DNA of 64,000 bases, taken from Perkinsela sp. CCAP 1560/9 (lineage: Eukaryota; Protista; Euglenozoa: Kinetoplastea). The notes beneath the pieces are model-generated. The model did no database searches and had not been told where the DNA came from. It was given only the letters and a program-made list of their open reading frames with translations. This document shows, in pieces, positions 9,309 to 20,602 of this stretch. Position 1 is the first letter of the stretch. Each line of letters begins with the position of its first letter. Where the stretch lies: positions 744,001 through 808,000 of the forward strand of contig CBFFSA010000001.1 of NCBI GenBank assembly GCA_965644495.1, in the 5' to 3' direction. The position numbers and the translations under genes are program-made.

Positions 9309-11171
9309 CTAAAGATTTCTTGCCACAATGTTGTCCTCGAAATCAACTTGTTTTTGCTCTCGCCTTTCCCAGAATTTCCCCTTCCCACCTTGCTTGTCCG
9401 CAGGCAGTACGCGGCGCTGAGTATGTCTTCCCACGGGCTCTGTTTCCCGATCAAATTGGTCCCCGGAGTTATTCACATCGGGCTGCGACTGCGGCCTGCG
9501 TGACATCTTTTGTAGAACCATGTTGAGCGTTTGTTCCTCCTTGCCCTCCCCAGAGAAGCGCTCATTCCACTTCTCCCTTCTTCGGTCGAGGTTAGCGTTT
9601 TGTATAGCCATGGCCACCTCAAAGGGAACAGAGCCAATTGCTTTTTTGTACTCGTACAACGTGGAGCATCGTGCCAGGGCGGGTCCCCACTCGTGCTCCG
9701 TCATCACACGATGCATCTCCGCAAGCAGCCGGCCAATAATCTGCGTCAGTGTTCTGTCCGGGGTGTGTACAAAACTACCAATCCCGGTACGCTCCTCAAT
9801 ATAACCTCGAATCCAGTCCAGGTCCGATGAGGCGTTGTAGAACAGTCGCATGGCCTCGACCTTGGCATCGGAGTCCTGTCTCTCTTTTTGAATCAATTCC
9901 TGGACTTGTTCCTTCGTCCTGCCCGCGGTGATTCCCCTGGGGTAGAGATGCTTTTCCAGCGCTGCCGCATACACGCGGTCGCGCATGTCCGTTAACCCCA
10001 ATGACTCACACTCAGGCGACAACACCACATCCCGTGCAATCAACCCCCCGACCCCCGTGGTCTCACGGAAACACTCATCATACTCTGTGGTGTCCGTCCA
10101 AATAAACTCGTAGTACCGTTTCTGGAGCATCTCGTGCACCGCCATAGGGTTCTCCGTGTTCTCTGGAGCGTCCAACACAAACCCCAGCTCCTCATAACGC
10201 AGCACCACCCCATCCGGATCCGGATCCCAACGCATACTCGGGAGCCTTGGAAGCCAATCATTCATCCGACCATCCCGAAACCCCACAGGGCTCCACCCCT
10301 CCCAACGGTAATTAGGTGGCAACCCCAGCTCCTTCCGCCGGTACGCCTTCTCCAAATCATACAACGCGTCCACCATAGGCATCGAAAACTTTGGAGCCCC
10401 AATCTGGGGTCCACTCTCATAGGGATTCCTCCCCCCCTGTTCCCCCTGCTCGTGTTCTCTCTCCGCCCTCCCGTTCACATCGTGCCTCCACAGATGTATC
10501 CGTAGCCGGTGGGGGTGGTAGAACGGGTAGTACACCCCGATCACCCTCCAGTACCGGGCCTGTCGCACCCACACCTGTGCCTTCTCCACCCACCTCGGGG
10601 CCATCACATCGGCGTACCCGCGAATGGAGAGGTCTTTGAGAAACAGCGGAATCGCCTCGGGTTTGTCAAACGCGAGGTCGATGAGCGGCTTCTCCTTCTC
10701 GTCCCAGTCCGTGGCGCGGGACTGCCAGGGGAGGGAGGGGGCGCGGGGGGGGGAGGTGTCGACCCACGGGGCCGGGGGCTGCCAGGTGCGGTGGGATTGT
10801 TTCGGGTAGGCGTAGGGGCTGAACTCCTCGCGGGGGAGGAGGAAGGCGGATTTGTGGTTGAGGCGCCACCGTGGGGGGAGCAGGGAGGTGGTGCCGGGGG
10901 TGAGGTAGTGGACAGGGGGGTCGGGGGAGGAGGGGGAGGGGGGGACAGAGGAAGGGGGGAGGAGAAGGGGGGGACAACGGAGATACATGGGGGAGGGGGG
11001 GGAGAGAGGAGAAGGAGATGATGTAAGGATGAGTGATCTTCTTTTATGAAGAAAGGGAAAGGGTTGTCGGTTGGACATTGTTGATCTTTTCGTTACAGTG
11101 CCCGTAAAAAAATGTTTCTCGAAACTTATACCCGAATCGTCGGACACGTCTGGATGGCTGAGGGCCCGCAA
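9309..11171 (-). CDS. Conserved-looking hypothetical protein (~560-620 aa); likely ATG at 11078 or 10988; possibly mitochondrial
   Basis: Long ORF with complex globular composition rich in W/Y/R/D, co-oriented with the cluster. No family recognised. Confidence 0.7.
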   Translation of the reverse strand: MRALSHPDVSDDSGISFEKHFFTGTVTKRSTMSNRQPFPFLHKRRSLILTSSPSPLSPPSPMYLRCPPLLLPPSSVPPSPSSPDPPVHYLTPGTTSLLPPRWRLNHKSAFLLPREEFSPYAYPKQSHRTWQPPAPWVDTSPPRAPSLPWQSRATDWDEKEKPLIDLAFDKPEAIPLFLKDLSIRGYADVMAPRWVEKAQVWVRQARYWRVIGVYYPFYHPHRLRIHLWRHDVNGRAEREHEQGEQGGRNPYESGPQIGAPKFSMPMVDALYDLEKAYRRKELGLPPNYRWEGWSPVGFRDGRMNDWLPRLPSMRWDPDPDGVVLRYEELGFVLDAPENTENPMAVHEMLQKRYYEFIWTDTTEYDECFRETTGVGGLIARDVVLSPECESLGLTDMRDRVYAAALEKHLYPRGITAGRTKEQVQELIQKERQDSDAKVEAMRLFYNASSDLDWIRGYIEERTGIGSFVHTPDRTLTQIIGRLLAEMHRVMTEHEWGPALARCSTLYEYKKAIGSVPFEVAMAIQNANLDRRREKWNERFSGEGKEEQTLNMVLQKMSRRPQSQPDVNNSGDQFDRETEPVGRHTQRRVLPADKQGGKGKFWERREQKQVDFEDNIVARNL

Positions 11172-11667
11172 CCTTTCCAGGCCAAACGGGCCATGAACAT
11201 AAACGTTATCTTTTTTCTTATCCTTTTTTCTTTCCCCAAGGCGGAATTCTCCTCGCTAAGTTTTGATCAAATCTAGCATTCATGGGTAATCCCTGAGTTC
11301 CATAAGGTTTATCCGGAAAACAGGGGACCGTGAATGCACTTCCAAAAAACAATTTCGTCTCCCCGCACTATTCAGTGATTAGTAGAATTAGGCAAAATTA
11401 AACACTACTCCCCCCTCCATAAGTAATTATAAATACACCTCGAACTAGCACTTTTACTCCCTTGTGACTTATAATTCCTATGCCTTTCATAAGTAATTAT
11501 AAAAGCAACTTAGATCGATTCGATCGATAATTTTTTTGCCTCGTATTTTTTTTGTTTTCTTTTTTGTTGATTTCTGATGAGCTTGACAACCTTGCTGAGA
11601 TTGGAGTGGAACGATTAGCTATCTGAATATTGTATAGACGATTAGCTATCTGTTATTTGTGAACTTA

Positions 11668-13207
11668 CAGGGGTGCGGGTCTAAAGGTAGGGGGGGTCTA
11701 AAATTCGTAAAAGTTGTCCAATTTTGGAAAATAATAGCGCATTGGATAGCTCTCACAGAGTTGTATGTTTTAGGCGCATTAAAATCCTGTGATTTTAACG
11801 TACATATTTTTTGATACCACATTTCGCTTTTTTCCCTCGCAGGAATTACATTTTTTACTAGAAAATGCCCCAAAAGCGCGCTCGCTCGAGGACTTCCCGT
11901 GGAGTACTGAGCGATAGATCGTATTCTTCCCCCGCCCCCGTCAAAGAGAGTCACCGCATGCTTTTGGTGGCGGAATACGAGCGCACAGGATCGTACTCCG
12001 CTACGGCGCAGCACTTTGGTGTTCATGAGAACACTGTAAAACGTTGGGTTGAACGTTTTACCCTTACGGGTGACGTGTTAACGGCATCCCGAGAGCGTGT
12101 CTCGACGGTGGTTACCCCTGCGTTCCTGGATGTGGCTCTCAAGCTTGTCGACGAGGGGTATCGCGACCTTGTTTACGGCGTAGAGAGCTGGAGCGATCTT
12201 CTGCGAGAGATCCGTAGCCAAGGATTCACCTGCAGTAGACGGACCCTAGTCGACATATTGAAGAAGCAAGGCGTTGTGCTCCGCACTCTTCGGCGACGAC
12301 CATCACTCACACTCGAACACAAGGAGAAACGGTTGCAATTTTGTAAGGCGATGCTCGAGAAGAGCGACGCTCAACTCCTTCATTTTGTTTATTGTGACGA
12401 AAAGAAGTTTACTTGCGGTCGTGGGCGTTCCGGGCGAACTTACCTTTGTCGGAGGACGGACCCCCATAAGGAACAACGAGGCGAGCTAGAATCATGGTAC
12501 GGCGGAAATGGGATTATGGTTTGGATGGGTGTGAGCCTCAAACACGGCTTCCATCTCCACATTTTCCCTCCTCGAAATTCAGAAGGCCGGAAACTCACCG
12601 TTACGGGTGAAATTTTTGATCAGGCTCTGAAAAAGCCACGGGGCTTTCTTCAATATTTAAAGCGAAATCCAGCGGCCACGATTGCCATGGACAACTGCCC
12701 GGCCCACAACAAGGCGCGTGCCACGTTCCGTGATACAGGAATTTCCGTCCTCCCCTGGCCTGCAAAATCTCCAGACCTGAATCCGATCGAAAATTTGTGG
12801 TCTGTGATGGACACAGACAAAAATCTTCTTCGACCCCGAAATCGACAGCAACTGGAAGCCGCCATTGAGGCGTCTTTCCTTAAATTGAAACAGACCCACT
12901 CTGCAACGGTTCAGAAAACGTTGAAGAGTTTCAGGAAGCGTTGTGAAATTGTTATTAGTCGGAACGGGGGGCACTGTGGTTACTAATTGTCTTTTGCAAT
13001 CCAAATTACAGAAATTATTGACATCACTAAAGTGCTGCAAGATGTGTTTTTGACCCCTACATGAAAGGGGGGTACCCCCCAAACCCCGGATGCTACCTAT
13101 CCTAAAACATACAACTCTGTGAGAGCTATCCAATGCGCTATTACTTTCCAAAATTGGACAACTTTTACGAATTTTAGATCCCCCACACCTTTAGATTCGC
13201 ACCCCTG
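11668..13207 (+). mobile_element. Full-length Tc1/mariner DNA transposon (family A), 1540 bp
   Basis: 107-bp TIRs (11668-11774 and 13101-13207) starting CAGGGGTGCG, about 6 mismatches. TA at 11666-67 and 13208-09. Single transposase ORF. Confidence 0.96.
11865..12986 (+). CDS. Tc1-like transposase, 373 aa, DD32E
   Basis: N-terminal HTH (TAQHFGVHENTVKRWV), VYCDEKKF, MVW, MDNCPAH, WPAKSPDLNPIENLW, terminal GGHCGY. Confidence 0.96.
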   Translation: MPQKRARSRTSRGVLSDRSYSSPAPVKESHRMLLVAEYERTGSYSATAQHFGVHENTVKRWVERFTLTGDVLTASRERVSTVVTPAFLDVALKLVDEGYRDLVYGVESWSDLLREIRSQGFTCSRRTLVDILKKQGVVLRTLRRRPSLTLEHKEKRLQFCKAMLEKSDAQLLHFVYCDEKKFTCGRGRSGRTYLCRRTDPHKEQRGELESWYGGNGIMVWMGVSLKHGFHLHIFPPRNSEGRKLTVTGEIFDQALKKPRGFLQYLKRNPAATIAMDNCPAHNKARATFRDTGISVLPWPAKSPDLNPIENLWSVMDTDKNLLRPRNRQQLEAAIEASFLKLKQTHSATVQKTLKSFRKRCEIVISRNGGHCGY

Positions 13208-13312
13208 TATGATAACAATTGTCTAAGATAATATAAGTTTATGATAAGAATTTTAAAGATGTGCAACGATTGTTTGAGTGAGTTGGGCTTTATTGTGTTG
13301 TAGCAAGTGATT

Positions 13313-14178
13313 ATTGCGGTGGTTGTAAAACTACCGCTCTACCCTCGATTATAGAAAAAAAAGTGAACAAAAACAGTGAAAATATAAAGAGGAACACAGT
13401 AATATAATAGAAGAAAAAATAAAAGGGGGCTCCGGTGGTCTAAAACTGAAAAAAAAAATTGATAAAAATGGGGGGTCTAGGGTGGGCATACCGCACGAAT
13501 TTTTTTTTTTCGATAAAAACCCGCAGAAGGGGTATCCGGGGTCTTGTCGCGTATTTTCCACCCCCCTACCCGGGGGTGACCCCCCCGCGTATGCGCAGGA
13601 CGGGTCCGCCAAGTTCGGATTTTTTCGGAAATTTACTTTTGAAAAAAATTTCAACTTGGCGAAAAAAATGGCAAAAGAACTATTTTTCCAAAATCGTTTT
13701 CCCTATTGTATTTTGACAGTGTGGGACCTATACTAGCTTTCTAAGCAGTTGTTTTCGCCAGATATCCCGTCTTCGAGCCGTGGTCCGCCCCTCAAAATGA
13801 CCCATTTTTGACTAAAAAAGGTGAAAAAGTATTTTTCGGACCCCAAGGGGCCCTTTTGTGTCGAAAGAATGATATGGTTGGAGTCGTATTCTCTACCCAA
13901 TACGTTCGGTAGGCTTTCGTTCATGCCTACGAGCGATTTCCCACGCGCAAATGTCGGATTTAGTGCTCTGAGAGCAAAAATACACAAAAATGACCCGATT
14001 TTTACCGGAGAATCGGCTAATTGTGGCTATAATACTTCAATTTTCTTCAGCTTTCCACGCCAAATTTTCTTTTTTAGGCTCTTCGTTAAACGCGGAGGTA
14101 GTTTTCAACGCGAAGAGCGCAGCATGAGTGACTTCTAAGTTGGAAACAACCACTGCGTTTAACGAAGAGCCTAAAAAA
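13313..14178 (-). mobile_element. ~870-bp non-coding dispersed repeat, copy 1 (Helitron2/Helentron-like architecture)
   Basis: Inverted homolog of 43254-44213. Terminal palindrome GCGGTGGTTGTAAAACTACCGC at one end and a ~110-bp hairpin (14070-14178) at the other. Classification is inference. Confidence 0.65.
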
Positions 14179-14289
14179 GAAATTTTCTTGATCTAGATTC
14201 ATAGTTCATTTATTCTCTTTTCGCTTTTTCGTGCCCACCCACCGGCCCCCTACGCCGGCCGGGCGCGGAACGCCCGTTCGTACTACATT

Positions 14290-14918
14290 TTAGTTTGACT
14301 GAACCATGCTCCAAACGTTTTCTATTGGAGAGAGATCGGGGGAGTTGAGCGGACAATTTTTCAATAATTTCATGTTGCCGTCCTCAAGGTACGCTTTTGT
14401 TTCCTTGGCAGTCTAAGGTGTTGCCCCATCTTGCTGAAAAATACAGTTTGAGGGGAATGGTACTTTTTTTAATGTTTTAATGTACGAAACACATGTAATT
14501 GAGATGGGTGGGAGAACAACAAGGTGTCTTTTGATTCTGTTTTTTACTTCAGGGCTCAGAGTATAAACATTTTCAGGCGAATTCTTTTTCAAATATTTTC
14601 GAATATGTTTCACATTGACATTAAACTCGCGGGATACTTGCCTTATCGCAACCCCTTGGCCAAGCCTCATGCGCAATAACACTTTTCCACTTTCTGTAAG
14701 ACCAACCCTGGGGAGTCGATACGTCTTTCTTGGCATGAAAAGTGATTTTTTTTAAAATATAAATTCAACTTTTTTTTATTTTCCGAAATGACCTAAAGAC
14801 AACGGGAACGAACAGATCTCAAAATTTTGCACGATAAAGTGGTGCGATAACCCCCCTAGCCCCCCTCGTGCAAAAAATAAGGGTGGGTGCCTTTTTGATG
14901 CGGAGGGGTTTATAACTG
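14290..14918 (-). pseudogene. Tc1 family B remnant (DD35E), internally deleted, in-frame stop
   Basis: MPRKTYRLPRVGLT...FQQDGATP*TAKETKAYLEDGNMKLLKNCPLNSPDLSPIENVWSMVQ; terminal sequence CAGTTATAAACCCC near 14918. Confidence 0.85.
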
Positions 14919-15146
14919 GATAACTTAATTTTACCCCCCCCATGCCCCCCTTCACCCCGAGAGGAAGACCCCCCTTGTTTCGCACGCCCGCTTTGTCGCC
15001 CTCCTCGCCCGCCCTGTCTGCCGCCCTCCTCGCCCGCCTGTCCAGAATCATCAACATCATGAAGAGTATTAGTGCGAAATTCCAATTTTTTACCCCTCTC
15101 CAGGTTCACTAGGTTCACATCCATAAGTAATTATAATTATAATTAT

Positions 15147-15600
15147 ATTTTTTTTGTCATCCCCCGAGCCCATTGGCGCACGCCCCTACGGTACCAGTTT
15201 TGTACCGCGGCATGCGCTATCTAGGCGTTCCCCTTTTGGATGGCTACCCCGATTGCCATAATAAAATGGCTGAGGCAACCATTCTTCTCGCCGGTGGCCT
15301 TCCGAGCGACCAGATTTAGAAACTGGAGGGTCTCGGGGCTGGGGACACCGTACGTGGTGAAGGCCAAAGGGAAGAAATCCATCTCCCTGGGCCCCGCCAT
15401 TTCCTCGTGAGTGCGCCTTTTGAGACGCTCTGCCTGCCTCACGGTGAAGGAGGGCTCAGCTGCCTCCTTATCCACGTAGGACGGTGCCAGTGGGTTCACC
15501 ACCGTCACGTCCACTAGGACTAGTTTCCGCCCCAAAAGGAAACAAATGTCCGGTCCCCGACCGGTATCGAGTCTAGGTTCGACTAGGCCTGGGGAGAATC
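15147..15600 (-). mobile_element. 3' fragment of an RLE-type (CRE-like) non-LTR retrotransposon
   Basis: VEPR..GPDI...LVDVTVVNP...AE..K....FFPLAFTTYG...AIQKGNA restriction-like endonuclease motifs; short A-tail at 15147-15155. Confidence 0.85.
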
Positions 15601-15649
15601 CGTACTGGATTATACTGTACCCCCCCCGTTTATAATAGCATCGCTTTTG

Positions 15650-16424
15650 CCCAAAGAAACGCACAACGACTGCCTTTCGACATCTTCCTTCAACTAGCGG
15701 ATACGTTAATCCTTACCTTTTCAGATACGCTATCATGTTTAGATTAGGCATCAAACCCCCTTCGTTGCCGGATCAAGTGAGTTGCTCTGGATGCGCTGCT
15801 CAGATAAAATCAGAGGAAATCCTTCACCACATTGTGGGTTGTACAAAGTGTTCTGGAATGAACGCTACACGAAAACACTCATCTCTAGTGCGCTTTCTAG
15901 CCGAACTTTGCTCAAAAGCAGGCCTCCAGTCCGTCATAGAACCTCGCACTTATTCATCCTTCTATTGTACCAAGTGCAAGGCACACGTCTCCGCTGATGC
16001 GATTGATAACCATCCGTGCCGCGCACGAAGAATAAGGTCAGGCCCCGACCTCGGAATTATGTGGCCCCATATGGGTGAAGTACTTTACGACCTCACAGTT
16101 GTCCACACCGGTAGCCCAAGCTATCGAAAAATGACAGAAGCTCAGCTCCTGCAAAATGCTATTGAGAGAAAGCAGAAGAAATACGTTGAGAAGGGGGGGA
16201 TTGATGAAGACTTTTTTCGCTGCATCTCCATGACAGAAGGCGGTTTCTTACACAGCCATACGAAAAATCTCCTTTCCTGTCTAGCAAAGAAAGCCGAACT
16301 TAAAGTCCCTGAAGTACTAGAAGCTTTTCAACTTGAGATTGAAAAGCTTAATGCATATACAATAGTTGCGCAACTGCGCGATTATCTACCCCGAGCATCG
16401 TGGCTGGGTTCACTGCAATCGTAA
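15650..16424 (+). mobile_element. 3' fragment of a second RLE-type non-LTR family (CCHC knuckle + RLE with inserted zinc finger)
   Basis: FRYAIMFRLG, CSGC...HIVGC, RKH, IEPR, CTKC..H.C, GPD, YDLTVVH, K..KY, MTEGG. Confidence 0.85.
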
Positions 16425-16581
16425 AGAATCCGTAAAGATTACGAATTGGTTACGAATTTTCATTAACTGAAAGAAGAAATGATGTTTTATTATATTATAT
16501 TAAAGTTTAAACGTATGCGTCTGGCATACTCCAAATTCCTACAAATGCACCACAAATATTTCCATCCATGACCTTAAGACC

Positions 16582-16790
16582 TAACAAAAGAAAGGGTCTT
16601 AACAAAAGAAAGGGTCTTAACAAAAGAAAGGGTCTTAACAAAAGAAAGGGTCTTAACAAAAGAAAGGGTCATTAACAAAAGAAAGGGTCTTAACAAAAGA
16701 AAGGGTCATTAACAAAAGAAAGGGTCTTAACAAAAGAAAGGGTCTTAACAAAAGAAAGGGTCTTAACAAAAGAAAGGGTCTTAACAAAAG
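16582..16790. repeat. 18-bp tandem repeat (TTAACAAAAGAAAGGGTC) x11.5
   Basis: 11 near-perfect units plus a partial; two units carry an extra A. Confidence 0.97.
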
Positions 16791-17395
16791 TTACTTAGTG
16801 TTCCCCTACTTGAACGAGGTGAAGATCCAATTCCCGCAGACTCCTCACTTTTAACAGTACAGAAATCCATACCTACAAACGCGACGCCCCGAATCAATGC
16901 CTCCTCCCAGTGCACAGCGGAATTTATATCCCCAGGCCGAGAAACCTGCTGAAACCAGTTCACACAACACGGAACGACACAGTGCTTTGCCGAGCCCAGC
17001 TCGGCTTGCAAAGCTAGGGAATCATTCCCTGGGAATGTTGCGGGGGCCGTGGGAAATACGATGCGGCCTCCTTGATGGCCAGGTCGCGCCGGCCACACAG
17101 AAAACAACAACACGAAAAGCGCAAGCGGTTACAACGGGTCTAGGAAACGATTCTTTGATCATCCGTCTGCTATTAAAACTCGAAACACTGGAGGTGACGA
17201 AACTACGAAAGAGAAACGATTATATCCAACCGGGTCAGTGTCAAACCGAGGTACCGCCTAGAACGTGAGAGTAGTGCGGACCTGTTCACTCCTCAAGATA
17301 GAGGCACGTATCGCGGAAATCAAGTGACTATGAAACGTTAAGGTCGAGGTCACGTGGTATGAAAATACGCGTGGTCGCATTATGAGAGCGCGGTA

Positions 17396-17700
17396 TGAGT
17401 CCCCTTGGACAATAACAAGGATCGCACCTCATCAACATTGTCGCATCGCATACGTACCCTTTCAAAGGTAAAACTTCGTTTGGTTCCCAGCGCTCTTTAT
17501 CAGGGAAGCGATCGTCTTACAGCGATCGTCTACAGCGGTGTAGGAGAAAGAGGGATCAACAGCAAAAAAGCGACCCAGAGAAACTACTTTCTTCCACAAT
17601 GAGCTCGTCACACAGCTCACGCACTCAACCTTCGCATGGGGAAGCACCTTTGAAGTCACGTTCCTCTCACGTGATGCGTTTCCCCTCCATACTTAAAGTT
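17396..17700 (+). pseudogene. Degenerate relic of the accessory ORF of the Harbinger-like element at 44228
   Basis: MSP/LDNNKDRTS vs MSPVESNEDFTS; CATTGTCGCATCGC shared; GGGGAAGCACCTTTGAAGTCACGTTCCTCTCACGTGATGCG closely matches 45124-45164. Confidence 0.75.
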
Positions 17701-17969
17701 CAAAACGTGAATCTTTTCCTCATGATACTTTTAGCTCTACGTCACCTATTATATATCATTGATCTTGTACTATAATTGTGCTACTGTACCTAGTTACATG
17801 ACATTGTAACTATTGCTCGAATTCTCCGCTTACTTCTCATCTTACTTTCTTTTGTATTAAACAACTTCAAAAAGAATCATTGACTACCAGTTAATTCTCG
17901 ATTCTTCTAATCGAGGGAAGAGTGGTAGCTATGCAACCGCCTGAAAAAAATTAAACGTGACCCCCCTCT

Positions 17970-19310
17970 TCACTCATTTCCCACCACCACACGCTCCTCT
18001 GGCCTCACCCCTACATACCTCCAATACGCCTCCAGCGACCGTTCGTTCCCGAGCCCATACTTCCCAATCTCCCGCAGCACCTCCTCCCGCCCCCCTCTCT
18101 CCATCTTCCCCTCCCACTCCTCCCTCGTTTGGTTGACCTCCCGTACCCCTAACAAATACTGCAGCCGCAGTATCGACCTTCTCCTTTTCACCTTCCATTT
18201 CGGGTTTAAATAATCCCACACCTTTGGGGCCTCTGTGCGGTACCCCACGTGGCACAGTGTCACCTCCCGCGGGCACACCAGGTGCCACCCCGCGGTCCAG
18301 GCCCGGATCCCATACAGCAGTGGTCCCCCCTCGAAGAGAAATCCCAAATAGGGATCCAACGGGACTTCCTTAAACAGAACCCCGGGAGCGAACAGCAGGG
18401 AACGACCCATAAATTTCTGTACCCGTAGCGGTTCGAAGTTTTCATTTGTTGTTATCCTTTGATTTGTTATTTTATTCTTATGATTTTTTTTATTACGCTT
18501 TACTTTTATGTTCTCTCGTATGGTACTATTGGTGGAGAGAAATCCAAAATCATTAAACGTGGCTTGATCCATACACAGCGGAGTAGAGGGGGGGAGTGGA
18601 GGGGAACAGGTGAGAGGGGAGACACCCGGCCGCACACGAATGGAGGGAGGGCGATGGGAGAGGATGACACGGGGGCCGAGGGTTTGGGAAGCTGAGTGGT
18701 ACATTTTCAGTAGCGTGGTATCCCAGTGAGGGACAAACGTCGTGTGGGCGTCGACGTGTAAAACGTAGTCCTCCCCGCGGTAGAGGGCGCTGTGGAGAGT
18801 GGAAAGCGCCCAGGCAGGACCCTGGGCGTCCGCGGGGTCGAGGTATTTAAAACGTACCCGGGAGAAGGGGCAGAACGGGCCACGGGAGCACTGGGTGCGC
18901 CATACCGAGGGGACACAGGAGTCGTCGTCCTCGTAGGCTTGGATGAGAACCCCGACAGAGAGCCGGGAGGGGTTTTTGGCGTGCTGGAACAAACTTTGGA
19001 GCGTGGAGGAGCATGAGCCGTCGCGAAAGTTGGGTACTGCAACAAAAATGGTCGCAGTGTTCAAAGAAGGGGCGTCCGCGATGTTGGGTGATTTATCCGT
19101 TATGTTAAGTAAGCCAGCCGTATCGTACTCCACCTTTACAGCATCCTTTTGGTTCGAGGAGGTGTCCTGCGTAGGCCGAGCAGGATCCTCTATGTGATCA
19201 GGAATTTGTGAAATCTCATCTGGGAAAGTAATCCAAATGAGTGCTAAAACGCTGAGTAAGACGGCAACGGTTCGGACTGTAAAAAGGGAGTTCCTTTGTA
19301 CGCTTCTCAT
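17970..19310 (-). CDS. GT60-family UDP-GlcNAc:polypeptide N-acetylglucosaminyltransferase (type II membrane protein)
   Basis: N-terminal TM anchor; IFVAVPNFRD..C..TL..LF..AKNP, QGP.WA, YRGEDYVLHVDAH..F...WD, PLDPYL.FLF.G, RAWTAGW, YGLGNERSLEAYW. Confidence 0.9.
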   Translation of the reverse strand: MRSVQRNSLFTVRTVAVLLSVLALIWITFPDEISQIPDHIEDPARPTQDTSSNQKDAVKVEYDTAGLLNITDKSPNIADAPSLNTATIFVAVPNFRDGSCSSTLQSLFQHAKNPSRLSVGVLIQAYEDDDSCVPSVWRTQCSRGPFCPFSRVRFKYLDPADAQGPAWALSTLHSALYRGEDYVLHVDAHTTFVPHWDTTLLKMYHSASQTLGPRVILSHRPPSIRVRPGVSPLTCSPPLPPSTPLCMDQATFNDFGFLSTNSTIRENIKVKRNKKNHKNKITNQRITTNENFEPLRVQKFMGRSLLFAPGVLFKEVPLDPYLGFLFEGGPLLYGIRAWTAGWHLVCPREVTLCHVGYRTEAPKVWDYLNPKWKVKRRRSILRLQYLLGVREVNQTREEWEGKMERGGREEVLREIGKYGLGNERSLEAYWRYVGVRPEERVVVGNE

Positions 19311-19662
19311 TCACTAAGTGTATAAGTCACGTTGCAGTCAGTCACGAAGACTTGAATTAAGACGAGGGAGCAAGAAGGGCATTTTAAGTATCCATCTTTA
19401 AAAATTTTGAAATCATAAAAGTACATGCACATGTAGATACGTAAAACCGTTCTTGGTAGCAGAAAGAATCAAAACACACATGACAAGGTCCCTCTTTAAT
19501 ACCTACACACATGTTACCTACACACGTAAAACCTTAAAGGTCTTTACACTCCTTCAATAACACAGATGTACAAATGCAACAAATGTCAATAATTCAGTCC
19601 TTTAGAATCTAATACCTCCCTACGATAATTTCTCAACGTACAAATTTCCTCAAGTTCAATCC

Positions 19663-20602
19663 TCATCCCGAACCCTCCGACACCGACCGGAACTTCGGCT
19701 CATGCGTCATACGAAAATTCGCCACCCGCGGGCGGATACACCTCAACAGAAACTCCAGCAACGCGCGCTCCTCACTTGGGTCACTCTTCGACGTGTACTG
19801 ATGGTACACATTACACTCCACCCACTCCTTCTGCTGGTTCTGTTCCCACCGCCTTGCTCGCATAATACTACACCCCACAATTTCACAAGAAGGCGGTTTT
19901 AAACCCTGTTCTTTCCCGTTCCCTGTTTCCGTGATCTGCCTTTCCCCCTTTACCCGTTTCCCCATCTCCTCAGCACCCCCCTCCCCCCCACCCGCCACCT
20001 TTACTTCCCCCTCCCCCCTCCCTCCCCCCTTCTCCCCCCCACCCTCCACCTTTTCTTCCCCCTCCCCCTCCTCCGCATCTCCCCCACCCCCCTTTTCCTC
20101 CCCACGCCGCACCCCCTTCCCCCGCCCGTCCTCCCCACTGTCTCCCCCCGCTTCCTCTGCCCCCCCTTTCACCCCCTCTTCCTCTGCCCCCCCTTTCACC
20201 CCCCCTTCTCTTCCCTCCCCCCGGCGCACCACCCCCCCCACCACCGCGGCCGCCACCACCCCCACCACCGCGTCCGCGCACCCCAGGGCGAAGCACAGGG
20301 TGATGACGCGCCCGTTGTGGGCCCCGAGCGCGGGGTCGGACCAGGCCGGGGAGACCCCCGCGCGCATCACGCTGAGCTGGTGGAAGAGCGGGAGGGAGGA
20401 GGGGGTGGGGAGCGCGAGCAGGTTGGCGTAGAGCGCGGGGGGGGAGGTGAGGGGGGCGGGGTGGGCGCGGCGCGCGATCTTCTCCTGGGCGTGGTACTTG
20501 CCGTAGTGCGCAATGTCCGTGGGGGTGGGACGGGGGGCGTACCAGAGGAAGTAGCCGTGGTGGGGGGAGGGGGGCGTGGGGGGGGGAAGGGGGGGAGGAC
20601 AT
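19663..20602 (-). CDS. Divergent eIF4E-family cap-binding protein (1-nt indel in 5' poly-C needed to reach ATG 20602)
   Basis: The frame of 19663..20370 is open upstream: HGYFLWY...HY...LYANLLALPTPSSLPLFHQLSVMRAGVSPAWSDP...EIVGCSIMR, following the eIF4E pattern W.FWY / PS.L / GI.P.WED / I.G....R. Gly/Glu-rich insert in the middle. Confidence 0.65.

Noticed and set aside
13349-14138. Short ORFs in the dispersed repeat (also 43305-44305)
   Set aside because: No recognisable domains, homopolymer-rich, and similarity between copies just reflects DNA identity.
15221-16424. Twin-priming inversion of one retroelement
   Set aside because: Both fragments encode the same RLE region from different families, so they are independent insertions.
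16582-16790. CRISPR or telomeric array
   Set aside because: Head-to-tail 18-mer without spacers; not TTAGGG-like.
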